Assembly: GCA_903864835.1 (NCBI GenBank)
Contig: CAIPHK010000032.1
Span: 3,230-67,229, forward strand
From: an uncultured bacterium
Lineage (GTDB): Bacteria; Margulisbacteria; Marinamargulisbacteria; SXXA01
DNA length: 64,000 nucleotides
Direction of reading: 5' to 3'
Shown here: one piece after another, positions 28,816-38,748 of the stretch
How the letters are laid out: each line of letters opens with the position of its first letter
Numbering within the stretch: position 1 is the stretch's first letter
Made by a program: the position numbers and the translations under genes
The notes under the pieces: model-generated
Database searches by the model: none
The model's input: the letters and a program-made list of their open reading frames with translations, nothing else
Told to the model about the DNA's origin: nothing

Positions 28816-30090
28816 TCAGCGAGGGGCAGTCAATTTGATGACCTGTGATCGCAATGCGGACGCATCCCCGCTTAATAATAAGGATCCTTCGGGAGACTGA
28901 AAATGGACACGAATTGTGGAGGAATTAATATAAGTAATATCAAAATATTCTGTAAAATTTCCTGATGAAACACTGAGTTTAATGAGATCGCCTTTCTCTG
29001 ACGTATCTCTTGTCGGTTGAAGTGACTGCAAAGTCACAAATATATTGTGCAAAGGTACCGTACCCACACGCCTTTCTTGATCAATCCAATGGCCGACGTC
29101 ATTTTTTGTCAAAGTCACGGAGTTCTGAGATGTTGTCAATTTTGCGGATGTAAAGAAAAATCGGTCAAAGGTCAGTGGATTTTCGCCAATGGGATGCCGA
29201 ATAATATCGGCTAAGCCCTGAATCAATACGGGATAGATTACCCCCCATTCGTTTCCATCTAAAGAAATGGCGGCCGTGTCGTCAGAGGTTAATTTCATTT
29301 CGATGTGAAACGGGTCCCTCCCTTCGACATCTATGGTGAGACGCTGTCCTGGCGGTTCGGCGATATACCGGGAGACGGTCATCGTTTGAACTAATGCGAT
29401 CAGCTTATTCACCCGATCGGTATCTACGATCGTGTTGCGTGTTGAAAGTAAATACCAGAAGCCGGTTGCCGGGCCCTTTACGATTTGGATTTTTCCAAGG
29501 ATCCCGCCCAAACGACGCATATCGCCTTGGACCCGTATCGACCGAACCTCGGTCAACGACAACGCGCTAAATGGTCGTCGGTCGCGAAAGTGGTCATCTT
29601 TGATCCAAATCCCCGAGATTTGATCATGTGCAGCAGTCACAAATCTGCCGTTTAATCGAAGATACACTCGACCACTAGGAGAAATTTTCCCCACTTCAAC
29701 ATGTGTTTTCTGTCCTAACGTTGACTGAAATCGAACCGACATTGGGGGCGATTTGAGCCCAAATTCTTCAAGTGACTGCGGGGATTTTACGTCAGTGACC
29801 GAAATAGAGCTCACTTGCCTGATCCAATTGTCAATTGAGTCGGAGTCAATTTTCCAGGTGGGATGATCGGAATCGTTCCATCCCGCCTTGGTATGCGTAA
29901 GGGCCATGGTATGGCCGTCCGAATTAATTTTGATGGTCGAGACATCGGTTAAAGGACCAATGCTTGCCATCGAGTGCGTATGGGGCGTTTGACGAAGCTG
30001 CCACCCTAGTCCCATCGCCAAAATGGCTAGGATAAGGGGAAGAAGCCACTGCCTAAATATTAACGACGGAGACTCCATCGACGCCTCCAA
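28816..30090 (-). CDS. DUF4340-type membrane-anchored periplasmic protein
   Basis: N-terminal TM; LEEFGLKSP, VGKISPSG.VYLR, FRDRR repeats typical of DUF4340; follows GldG-like gene. Confidence 0.7.
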   Translation of the reverse strand: MEASMESPSLIFRQWLLPLILAILAMGLGWQLRQTPHTHSMASIGPLTDVSTIKINSDGHTMALTHTKAGWNDSDHPTWKIDSDSIDNWIRQVSSISVTDVKSPQSLEEFGLKSPPMSVRFQSTLGQKTHVEVGKISPSGRVYLRLNGRFVTAAHDQISGIWIKDDHFRDRRPFSALSLTEVRSIRVQGDMRRLGGILGKIQIVKGPATGFWYLLSTRNTIVDTDRVNKLIALVQTMTVSRYIAEPPGQRLTIDVEGRDPFHIEMKLTSDDTAAISLDGNEWGVIYPVLIQGLADIIRHPIGENPLTFDRFFFTSAKLTTSQNSVTLTKNDVGHWIDQERRVGTVPLHNIFVTLQSLQPTRDTSEKGDLIKLSVSSGNFTEYFDITYINSSTIRVHFQSPEGSLLLSGDASALRSQVIKLTAPR

Positions 30091-31328
30091 TATTCAAAGA
30101 CGATGCCAACAGGCAGGACAAAAACCATGGCGAGAAAAATTCGCCATTGGGATACCGAGAGTATTAGGGATGATTCCATTTCCTCGTGAACATCCGGTCC
30201 ATTAATCAGCGATTCGCCCGCGAGAAACCGAACAATATTAAGGGATAACATCCGATTGCCAGGGGTAGAAATTATGTCATTCGACACCCAGTCCACGTCG
30301 CCAAATACGATGACGCCGCCTTCACCATAGCTAGCGATCGCGCCAACTACATTCCCGCCCGACGTCGTGAGTAGAGGGACCTTCGATTTTGCGTTCTTAA
30401 TATCAACCGCGACGGCAACGGGCGTCATCACCACAAGTTCTTGGGTGACAAGCGGGGTGGTCATGGGGGTGGGTTGCAAAATGGGGAGCAAGATCGATGG
30501 GCTTTTAAAATAGGACGATCGTGGATCTGATATCACCTGGCTGCCCAATGTGATGCCCATCGGCTTCAGAAACGGATTCAGGGCTGCGTCTGATCCAAAA
30601 TCACCAAAGACAATGCACCTCCCCCCGCTGTGAATAAATCGAAGTAGCTGGGTCCGCTCCGTTTCACCCAGTTCATAAGTTGGCGCTGCAATGACAACAA
30701 TACTATGCGATGGAATATCACCGGAGCGCGTGCCATTTATGGGACGAACGGTCCATCCGTCATATTCTAAAATACGACTCCAACGAAATAGCGAGCGAGT
30801 GGCCGCTGACTCGATGGATCGTTCGCCATGCCCGTTCATCACCAAAATAGGAATCGATCGTTGCTCCGTCAAAAATCGAATAGACGATATTAGTGCTCGT
30901 TCCCCGACAAAGCCGGTGTGCCCCAAATTGGTAGGTACAAATAGGTCTGAATAATATAGATATCGGTATCGGGATCCAATTTTGATTAGAACGGTTCCGT
31001 ATTCATTCACTCGATCTTGAGCGGCTATTTCAGGGGAGGCATCCATATCTACAACTTTGTAGGATAGGTGTTTCGCCGACCGGCGCATTTGCTCCAAGAG
31101 CCGGCGCATTCTTATTTCGTCATCGGTTCCTTCCTGAAGATAGGCATGTATCACGATGGGACCGTCAATTTGGGTCAAAAATCGATGGTTATCAGATTGC
31201 AATGTGTTGATCAAATTGTGGGTCAAATCAAATTGGGGCATTCGTCGGCCAAGGGTAGCATTGAGCAAAATCCCGACGATTACCACCCCTAAAATTGCGA
31301 CCCACTGACGGGCGATTTTTAGTCTCAT
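30060..31328 (-). CDS. GldG-family ABC transporter auxiliary protein
   Basis: FDLT...NTL, GHGE, VIAAP, FIHSGG, GDVDW; N- and C-terminal TM helices. Confidence 0.85.
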   Translation of the reverse strand: MRLKIARQWVAILGVVIVGILLNATLGRRMPQFDLTHNLINTLQSDNHRFLTQIDGPIVIHAYLQEGTDDEIRMRRLLEQMRRSAKHLSYKVVDMDASPEIAAQDRVNEYGTVLIKIGSRYRYLYYSDLFVPTNLGHTGFVGERALISSIRFLTEQRSIPILVMNGHGERSIESAATRSLFRWSRILEYDGWTVRPINGTRSGDIPSHSIVVIAAPTYELGETERTQLLRFIHSGGRCIVFGDFGSDAALNPFLKPMGITLGSQVISDPRSSYFKSPSILLPILQPTPMTTPLVTQELVVMTPVAVAVDIKNAKSKVPLLTTSGGNVVGAIASYGEGGVIVFGDVDWVSNDIISTPGNRMLSLNIVRFLAGESLINGPDVHEEMESSLILSVSQWRIFLAMVFVLPVGIVFEYWRRRWSLRR

Positions 31329-32050
31329 TCCAATCGTCTCGCGTTGAGAATAATAATCGTCATCCCAATAAATACAATCGTCAGAACAACAAAATAGAGA
31401 ATATCGGACCCGACGACGACGCCCTGCTCAAATCCGTACGTATGATGGACCACGGATGTTTCCCTCAATAGCTCCGAAAATCGACCACTGGTCAATACAG
31501 ACAATGGAGCCAAAAGCCATAGACACAATATAACGCCAAGCGATACCAGCGAACTGCCAATCGCCCCCCTCCCGATCACAGCGGCCCAGATACCAATCGC
31601 TGCGAAGGCGGATCCCATCGCAATCCATCCCAGATATGCTGTCACAATTTTTCCAAGGTCCGGATTCCCAAACCACCCCACCGCAACCACAATTCCAAGT
31701 GTAGCCGCAAGAACCAACGTCGTGGCAACCATTCCGGATATCCATCGTGCAATAACCCATATCGACGTCGGCATCGATGATGCAAAAACGACCTCTTCTA
31801 ATCCAATTTGGCGATCATCAATAATTGGCTTTGATGCCAAGGCGGGAACCAAGATCATCAGAATAAATCCAATAATGGCTTCCATAATTGAAAGTGCATC
31901 GGATTGATGGGTGGCATTGACAATCAAACAAAAAATTAAGCCAACAATTGCGGATATCCCCGAAGTGGCAACCCATAAAACGGGAGACCGTGTCATCGAT
32001 ATCCAGTCCCTGAATACGATTGCTTGAATCGTTCGCCTGGGGTGAATCAT
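31325..32050 (-). CDS. GldF-like ABC-2 permease
   Basis: Six TM helices; DDRQIG.EE, GNPDLG...YLG, FEQGVV..SDILYF. Confidence 0.82.
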   Translation of the reverse strand: MIHPRRTIQAIVFRDWISMTRSPVLWVATSGISAIVGLIFCLIVNATHQSDALSIMEAIIGFILMILVPALASKPIIDDRQIGLEEVVFASSMPTSIWVIARWISGMVATTLVLAATLGIVVAVGWFGNPDLGKIVTAYLGWIAMGSAFAAIGIWAAVIGRGAIGSSLVSLGVILCLWLLAPLSVLTSGRFSELLRETSVVHHTYGFEQGVVVGSDILYFVVLTIVFIGMTIIILNARRLE

Positions 32051-32733
32051 CGGCGTCCGACCACTGTGAGATAGTCGGCTTCTAGCTTGGCAGTAACGTC
32101 CCCCATGGACTGAATTTTTCCGCCTCCCATAATAATATATCGAGAGGCCACCTGAGCCAGCTCCGATATATGGTGGGACGACACGACGATGACTCGATCC
32201 GAGATCGCCGATGCCAAATAATGACGAAGGCGTACCACCTGCTCTGGGTCCAATCCTTGAGTCGGCTCATCGAGCAAAATAATATCGGCATTAGATAAAA
32301 ATGCTTGTGCGACAGACACTCGTTGCCGAAATCCATGAGACAGAAGGCCGCAGCGGGTCGTTTGGACCTCTGATAAGCTCATAGCGTCGATAAGGTCCTT
32401 CACTCCATTCTCTTGGGAGGGCGCCCCTTTTATTTCAGCTATAAAATGGAGGTATTCCAGAACCGTCATCTCAGGAACCACTGGCGACCGATCGGGTGAA
32501 TATCCGATGAGGCGATACCAGTCACGACCCATCGACGCCATAGAATTTCCATCCCACGCAATGGTTCCAATAGTGGGTGTCAAAATTCCGGCGAGTGTTC
32601 TTAACACGGTTGTCTTGCCAGCCCCATTGGGGCCGAGTAGTGCGATGAGAGTGCCTTTTTCCACCGAAAAGGATACGTCGTCGATAATTCGTCGATCTCC
32701 CATTGAAACGGAGACTGACTCAACGGTTAGCAT
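32047..32733 (-). CDS. GldA-like ABC ATPase
   Basis: GPNGAGKTT, LSHGFRQRV, LLDEPTQGLDP, SSH. Confidence 0.9.
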   Translation of the reverse strand: MLTVESVSVSMGDRRIIDDVSFSVEKGTLIALLGPNGAGKTTVLRTLAGILTPTIGTIAWDGNSMASMGRDWYRLIGYSPDRSPVVPEMTVLEYLHFIAEIKGAPSQENGVKDLIDAMSLSEVQTTRCGLLSHGFRQRVSVAQAFLSNADIILLDEPTQGLDPEQVVRLRHYLASAISDRVIVVSSHHISELAQVASRYIIMGGGKIQSMGDVTAKLEADYLTVVGRR

Positions 32734-34048
32734 CGACGCCCTTTGACCTTAGTTTAAATTCGGTAGTAATCGACTTTTTGGCGACCATTTCTTCTTTATT
32801 AATATCGATAATTAATTCGTTGCACCGCAGGATATCCTTATTTTCTTTTTCAAATGACACTGCGCCAATGAGATGAATCAACCCATCCGAATCTTCAAAT
32901 TCCAACTTTTGAGAAAATGACTTTTGCCCTTCTTGGTACACTTGTACATTTCCCAATATCCGTCCTCGTTTTGGACCGCCTTCAAATACCGCCTTGTTGC
33001 CCAAAATTTTTATCGGTTGATTGACCGCTTTTCGGATATCTTCGTTTTTGATCGGTTTTTTTCGCAATAATGCCCAACGGAGTTGATTAGACTTGAGGAC
33101 GACATTATTCTCAAAAGTTAATACATCCGACGTTCGATCATAGATTAGGCGTTCTGACTCCGCCGATTTGTCAGGCTGGGTAATGATGACTGACCCTGTC
33201 AATTCGACGAGATCCTCGCCATTCTTACTGCTGAAACGCATGGTTCCTGCAGAAAAATGGGTGGGGAGTCGTCGCAACGCGTTCTCTCGGGAATCCAGCT
33301 CAGGATCATCCGTCGGCGACACGGGCCGATAGCCGTGAATTCCGTCGGGAACCATTGAATACTCTTCGTCAATATAAATGGTCATTGTATTTCCGGTAAT
33401 CACCATCTGATCGACGTAGATTGTAAATCCATCTTTGATGTAAGCGATGTTTTCGGCGTTATCAACCTCGACCCCATTTTTGGGGACAATCCGATGTCTT
33501 CCTTGAATTATAGAAACACTACCGGATAAAAAGGTTCGTTTTGAGGTGCCGTAATACCGAAGTTCATCCGCCTCAATTTTAACACTCCGAGGTCGAGATT
33601 CTGCGGCAATCAGCCCATGTTTCGGAGTGACACTTCTAAATCCGAGATCGGCGGATACGTGGGTCATCACCATAATTTTTGATCGGATGTTGACGTCCCC
33701 AGAGTCGGCTCGGATGTTCTGGATCACGACATTGCCATTTTCATCAAACAACTGGCCACCAAAAAGTCCCTCCAACTTAAAAGCGGTTTTATTGCCCTGT
33801 GTCCAAATTTTTTTCGCCCTAATAAGCCATGAAAGAGTATTGTGATTATATCCTCTGAAGGAAGAATCAAAAATTTCGATGTCGTGATGTTGGGGGCCAA
33901 TGACCCAGTCTTTCACCCAGGATGAGGCGGCGGTTCGCCAAACAACCACTGCTAAAAGGATCACAGCGATCCATTTCAAATTACGAATAACGGGTCTCGA
34001 CGTACAGTGACGACACCAGGTCAGAGCAGTTTTAAGAAACGGATACAT
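32720..34048 (-). CDS. Membrane-anchored multi-OstA (LptC/LptA-like) beta-jellyroll protein
   Basis: N-terminal TM; repeated IEADELRY..LSGSVSI, AESERLIYD..FENNV, LIGAVSF..LRCNELIID strands; start at ATG 34048 or TTG 34054. Confidence 0.7.
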   Translation of the reverse strand: MYPFLKTALTWCRHCTSRPVIRNLKWIAVILLAVVVWRTAASSWVKDWVIGPQHHDIEIFDSSFRGYNHNTLSWLIRAKKIWTQGNKTAFKLEGLFGGQLFDENGNVVIQNIRADSGDVNIRSKIMVMTHVSADLGFRSVTPKHGLIAAESRPRSVKIEADELRYYGTSKRTFLSGSVSIIQGRHRIVPKNGVEVDNAENIAYIKDGFTIYVDQMVITGNTMTIYIDEEYSMVPDGIHGYRPVSPTDDPELDSRENALRRLPTHFSAGTMRFSSKNGEDLVELTGSVIITQPDKSAESERLIYDRTSDVLTFENNVVLKSNQLRWALLRKKPIKNEDIRKAVNQPIKILGNKAVFEGGPKRGRILGNVQVYQEGQKSFSQKLEFEDSDGLIHLIGAVSFEKENKDILRCNELIIDINKEEMVAKKSITTEFKLRSKGVDANR

Positions 34049-34109
34049 CTTCAAATATTACAAGGAAGTGACCCAAATTACTAAACAAGTGCTAAACTTC
34101 CCATCGATC

Positions 34110-35267
34110 ATGACGCCACAAACCAACTTGCTTACACTTCCTATTTCTGAACTCAATCTATTCCTTCGCGACTGGATCGACTCGTGCCCCCCATTGAATG
34201 ATATTTGGGTCATTGGTGAAATCGGGAACTATCGCCGGCAGGCGGGAAGTCAACGATATTTCACTCTCTCAGAGGGCGACTCCAGCATTCAATGTGTCAT
34301 TTTTGACGCGGAAGATCCCCGCCATGACGGACCGTATAAGGATGGCGTCGCGGTTCTTGCCCGTGGCCGAGTTCGATACTTCAATCGACGAGGCACACTT
34401 CAATTTCAGATCAACTACATGATGCCCAAAGGAACCGGGTCCATTGCCCAAAATTTAGAAATCTTGAAACAACGACTGGCAATCGAAGGGCTATTTGATG
34501 GCGACAAAAAACGCCCAATTCCTCCTTACCCTCAGAAACTGGCGCTCATTACGGCTGCGGATTCGGCGGCCTCTGCCGATGTGATTAAGTTGTTATGCCA
34601 GCATGCACCCGCTATAGAAGTGATTGTTATTGAAACCGTGATGCAAGGCATGGCGTGTGTCTCAAGCGTCGAAAATGCGCTTGCAATGGCCTCAACACTA
34701 TCGGGTATTGAGTTGATTCTTATCAGCCGAGGGGGTGGGTCAGCCGAGGATCTCCTGCCATTTAGCGACGAACGGCTTGTTCGCCTAATTTGCCAAATGC
34801 CACTTCCTATTGTTACCGCAATTGGACATGAAATCGATTCGACACTCGCTGATCTGGCGGCGGACGCGACCTATCCAACCCCAAGCGCGGCGGCATTGGC
34901 CTTGTCGTATCGGTACCAACAGCTCCCCCACTTTATTGCAGGTATTGTGGGTGATGCAGATCGATTGCTCGATGGACAGATCGCTCAATGGCAGGAATTT
35001 GTAACGGCGTGTATTGATGTCTCTACAACAGAAATTGACCGTATTGAATCCAATCTTGGTCTGCTTACGCAAGGTATTTTTAGAGAAATGGAATTACTGT
35101 CTCCCTTGCGCAAATTAACTCAAGGTTTTAGTATTACCCGCGTTAAAAATGGGTCGGCGATCCGGTCCATCAACGAGATATCACCGGGGGACACAGTGTC
35201 TATCACACTATCCGACGGTGACGTTATAAGTACGGTAAATCATATAACCTCGCATGCCACGCACTAA
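34110..35267 (+). CDS. xseA: Exodeoxyribonuclease VII large subunit
   Basis: WVIGEI, YFTL, EGLFD, RGGGSAEDL..F, AIGHEID, TPSAAA, LSP...L.QGFSI. Confidence 0.92.
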   Translation: MTPQTNLLTLPISELNLFLRDWIDSCPPLNDIWVIGEIGNYRRQAGSQRYFTLSEGDSSIQCVIFDAEDPRHDGPYKDGVAVLARGRVRYFNRRGTLQFQINYMMPKGTGSIAQNLEILKQRLAIEGLFDGDKKRPIPPYPQKLALITAADSAASADVIKLLCQHAPAIEVIVIETVMQGMACVSSVENALAMASTLSGIELILISRGGGSAEDLLPFSDERLVRLICQMPLPIVTAIGHEIDSTLADLAADATYPTPSAAALALSYRYQQLPHFIAGIVGDADRLLDGQIAQWQEFVTACIDVSTTEIDRIESNLGLLTQGIFREMELLSPLRKLTQGFSITRVKNGSAIRSINEISPGDTVSITLSDGDVISTVNHITSHATH

Positions 35268-35493
35268 ACCCCATTCCATTAACGATCAGGTTACCGAACT
35301 CCAAAAAAGCATCTCTTTTCTGGAATCCACATCCGATATCGACGCCGCAATTTCGCATTATGAAATTGCCATGAAAATGGCTTATTCATTAAGTCTGGCA
35401 ATTGATGAACGTAAACAAAAAATAAAGATAATCAAACAATCCTATCCTTCGCTTCTAAAAATCAACGATGACACATCCACAAACCACGACTAA
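35254..35493 (+). CDS. xseB: Exodeoxyribonuclease VII small subunit (divergent)
   Basis: Size, helical pattern LE...DIDAAISHYE, position between xseA and ispA. Confidence 0.65.
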   Translation: MPRTKPHSINDQVTELQKSISFLESTSDIDAAISHYEIAMKMAYSLSLAIDERKQKIKIIKQSYPSLLKINDDTSTNHD

Positions 35494-36382
35494 ATTTACA
35501 GAATTCTCGGAGCTGTTTCGGCCGATCATCAATCAAAAAATGGCGGAATATATCCGGTTTGGCACTCTCGATCAACGGAAAATTCTAGAGGATGCAATGC
35601 AATATTCAGTGGCAGCAGGCGGAAAGCGACTGCGGCCACTCTTGGTGCTTGCGACCCATCAGCTTTTTTCTGACCAGATGGAGACGGTCTATCCGTTGGC
35701 CTGCGCCATTGAGTTACTTCACACCTATTCTTTGATCCATGATGACTTGCCCTCCATGGACAATGATTCCTTACGCAGGGGGATGCCCACTTGCCATGTC
35801 AAATTTGGAGAGGATATTGCGATCCTAGCCGGAGATACTCTCAATACGTTTTCGTTTGAATTATTGTCGACTCAGCTGGCTGACTTCTTCCCGGCCGAAG
35901 CTGTTCTCAAAGTTATTCGTGAATTTTCTCGGGCATGCGGAATCCATGGGATGTCAGGCGGCCAGGTTTTAGATTTGAGGGGTGTGGGACTCGAGGCAGA
36001 TCCAGAGTATCTTTTTCAGACCCATGCGTTAAAAACAGGTGCTTTAATTTCGGCGTCGATCTCCCTCCCCGCGGTATTGGGCGGCGTAGATACGAAGGAA
36101 TTAGCGATTCTGACCCGGTTTGGAGATCAAATCGGACAATTATTCCAAATTGTAGATGACATTCTGGATGTCGTTGGCAATCAAGAGGCGCTCGGCAAAA
36201 GCATCAATAAAGACCATGAACAAAACAAATTGACCTATATTCGAGTATTTGGCTTGGATAGATCCCTTGAAATGATGAGGAATCAGGCACACAATGCCCG
36301 TCAAACCCTTGAGGAACTTAGCTTGCCAAAATTCTCTGTTCTCTACTCCGTTGTTGATTATATAGAAACTAGAACCACTTAA
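35468..36382 (+). CDS. ispA: Farnesyl/geranylgeranyl diphosphate synthase
   Basis: GGKRLRP, HTYSLIHDDLPSMDND..RRG, GQVLD, KTG, FQIVDDILD. Confidence 0.93.
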   Translation: MTHPQTTTKFTEFSELFRPIINQKMAEYIRFGTLDQRKILEDAMQYSVAAGGKRLRPLLVLATHQLFSDQMETVYPLACAIELLHTYSLIHDDLPSMDNDSLRRGMPTCHVKFGEDIAILAGDTLNTFSFELLSTQLADFFPAEAVLKVIREFSRACGIHGMSGGQVLDLRGVGLEADPEYLFQTHALKTGALISASISLPAVLGGVDTKELAILTRFGDQIGQLFQIVDDILDVVGNQEALGKSINKDHEQNKLTYIRVFGLDRSLEMMRNQAHNARQTLEELSLPKFSVLYSVVDYIETRTT

Positions 36383-36383
36383 T

Positions 36384-36851
36384 ATGCACTCCCTACTTAC
36401 CTTGCTGTCTGTCTTTTATCCTCTTTTTTCAGGCCTCCTTGGAATGTTCTCGGCTCAAGGATTAAAAATGGCAATATGCTGCATCAAAAATCGAAATATT
36501 GATTTCTCTCCATTCACCAATGCGGGCGGAATGCCGTCGTCTCACACGGCAATGGTGACGGCACTCAGTTGCTCACTTGGGTTTCAAGAAGGATGGAATT
36601 CTCCCGCCTTTGCAATTTCAGTTATTTTTTCGTTAATTGTCTTGTATGACGCGGCCGGTATTCGATACGCCGCTGGGAAACAAGCCTATGTACTTAATAA
36701 AATTCAGGAAATTCTTTTGGAAAGGGGCCAGCTTGATTCACTAAAGTTAAAGGAAACCTTAGGTCATACTAAGCAGGAAATCACGGTTGGAGTTTTACTT
36801 GGCATCGCTGTATCATTTGGATTGCAGTATCTGATTGCGAGCGGATTATGA
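36384..36851 (+). CDS. Divergent PAP2 family protein (DUF212)
   Basis: AQGLK, GGMPSSH, YDAAGIR..AGKQA, LKETLGHT. Confidence 0.92.
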   Translation: MHSLLTLLSVFYPLFSGLLGMFSAQGLKMAICCIKNRNIDFSPFTNAGGMPSSHTAMVTALSCSLGFQEGWNSPAFAISVIFSLIVLYDAAGIRYAAGKQAYVLNKIQEILLERGQLDSLKLKETLGHTKQEITVGVLLGIAVSFGLQYLIASGL

Positions 36852-38746
36852 CTACCCCTACCCATTTTTTAGACCATCTCGAATTCCCGGAAGCCCTCAA
36901 GGAGATGTCTCAATCTGACCTTGAATTGCTTGCATTTGAAATCAGGACACGCTTAATTGAAATAAGCAAAGTATGTGGCGGACATCTTGCGTCTAATTTA
37001 GGCGTTGTTGAACTCACACTCGCACTTCATACGCTATTTGATAGCCCCACAGACCGATTTGTATTTGACACCTCTCATCAGACCTACGTTCATAAAATGT
37101 TGACGGGTCGTCTTCAGCAAATGTTTACGATTCGCCAAGACAACGGCTTGGCCGGATTTGCAAAAATCGCCGAAAGTCCTCATGACGCATTTGGTGCGGG
37201 TCATGCATCTACTGCAATTTCCGCAGCGCTTGGGATGGCCCACGCCCGAGACATTAAAGGCGAAAGCTATAGCGTGGTATCTATCTTCGGTGATGCATCG
37301 CTTTCAGGCGGAATGACATTTGAAGCATTGAATAATGTTGAAAAATTAAAATCAAATTTTATTTGTATATTGAATGATAACGACATGTCGATTTCCCATC
37401 CGGTCGGAAATATGGCGGATTATATGACTAAGATTCGAACCTCCGACACATATAATTTAGCGAAGGAAAAATTTGAACAAATTTTTAGTCGCATCCCAAG
37501 AATTGGGGTTCCGTTAACACGCCGAATTGAAATCGCGGTAGAACGCCTTCGTAGTATTATTATCGATGAAAAAATTGGCGTGCTGTTTGAGGAATTTGGA
37601 TTCAAATATCTTGGACCGATTGATGGCCATAATATTTCGATGTTGATGGGGGCCTTGAGATACGCAAAAACTTATCCCGGTCCGATTATGCTCCATATTA
37701 TTACGACTAAGGGTAAAGGGCTTGCCGAGGCGGAAGCGGATCCCGTCAACTATCATGGGGTGTCCCCACAAAAGGCCGCAACGGCGGTGCCTGTTCCCAA
37801 ACCCGTAACGTTCACCCATATTTTTGGCGATGAAGCCATAAATATTGCCCGAGACCATACCGACGTTGTCGTGATTACTCCCGCGATGAAGAGCGGAAGT
37901 GGGCTCGTCAAATACGCAGAACTATTCCCAGATCGGTTTTTTGACGTGGGTATCGCCGAGGAGCATTCGGTGACGTTTGCAGCAGGGCTCGCTAGAGCAG
38001 GAATACGGCCCATTTTAGCGATTTATTCAACATTTTTGCAGCGCGGATATGACCAGGTTATTCATGATGTGTGTATTCAGAAGCTGCCAGTTACCTTTGC
38101 GTTGGATCGTGCCGGACTGGTTGGAGAAGATGGTCCCACTCATCATGGGGTGTTTGATATGGCCTACCTTCTTTCAATTCCTCATATCTCAATTTTGGCG
38201 CCCAAAGATGGCCACGAACTTCGGGCGATGATGCGATGGTCGGTGATTCAACCTGAGGCGGTCGCCTATAGGTATTCTAAAGATGCGATTCCAGCAGAAG
38301 ACGGGAGTATTTTTAGCCCTGTCGAAACAGGAGTTTCGGAAATATTGATCCCCCCCTCCTCCGCTGGAACTGATGACGTCGCAATTATTGCGATTGGCTC
38401 TATGGTGTGGACGGCATTCCGGGCGGCAAAGTCTTTACCCGAGTTTCGGATATCTGTGACTAACCTTCGATTTATTAAACCCTTGGATCATGAGGGTATT
38501 GAGCGCATCACTCGCAATGCACGCCATGTCTTAGTCGTTGAAGAAGGCTGTGCTATCGGTGGCGTATTTTCTTATATTATCCATCAACTTCGCCCGACCC
38601 GCTTGGCGGATTGGCATAGCATTGCCGTCCCTGACGAGTTTATCGAACACGGCAAGTTATCGACGCTTCGGTCGGCGATCGGATTGACTGAAAGCGGGAT
38701 TGTTCAAAAGGTTCGAGAGATTGTTCAAGCCACTGTGGTGGTTTAG
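36848..38746 (+). CDS. dxs: 1-deoxy-D-xylulose-5-phosphate synthase
   Basis: GGHLASNLGVVELT, HQTYVHK, GHASTAIS, GDASLSGG, DVGIAEEH, DRAGLVGEDGPTHHG. Confidence 0.97.
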   Translation: MTTPTHFLDHLEFPEALKEMSQSDLELLAFEIRTRLIEISKVCGGHLASNLGVVELTLALHTLFDSPTDRFVFDTSHQTYVHKMLTGRLQQMFTIRQDNGLAGFAKIAESPHDAFGAGHASTAISAALGMAHARDIKGESYSVVSIFGDASLSGGMTFEALNNVEKLKSNFICILNDNDMSISHPVGNMADYMTKIRTSDTYNLAKEKFEQIFSRIPRIGVPLTRRIEIAVERLRSIIIDEKIGVLFEEFGFKYLGPIDGHNISMLMGALRYAKTYPGPIMLHIITTKGKGLAEAEADPVNYHGVSPQKAATAVPVPKPVTFTHIFGDEAINIARDHTDVVVITPAMKSGSGLVKYAELFPDRFFDVGIAEEHSVTFAAGLARAGIRPILAIYSTFLQRGYDQVIHDVCIQKLPVTFALDRAGLVGEDGPTHHGVFDMAYLLSIPHISILAPKDGHELRAMMRWSVIQPEAVAYRYSKDAIPAEDGSIFSPVETGVSEILIPPSSAGTDDVAIIAIGSMVWTAFRAAKSLPEFRISVTNLRFIKPLDHEGIERITRNARHVLVVEEGCAIGGVFSYIIHQLRPTRLADWHSIAVPDEFIEHGKLSTLRSAIGLTESGIVQKVREIVQATVVV

Positions 38747-38748
38747 AA

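Noticed and set aside
28816-32733. Gliding motility inferred from GldA/F/G-like genes
   Set aside because: These ABC families are widespread in non-gliding bacteria; no T9SS/gld motor genes in the window
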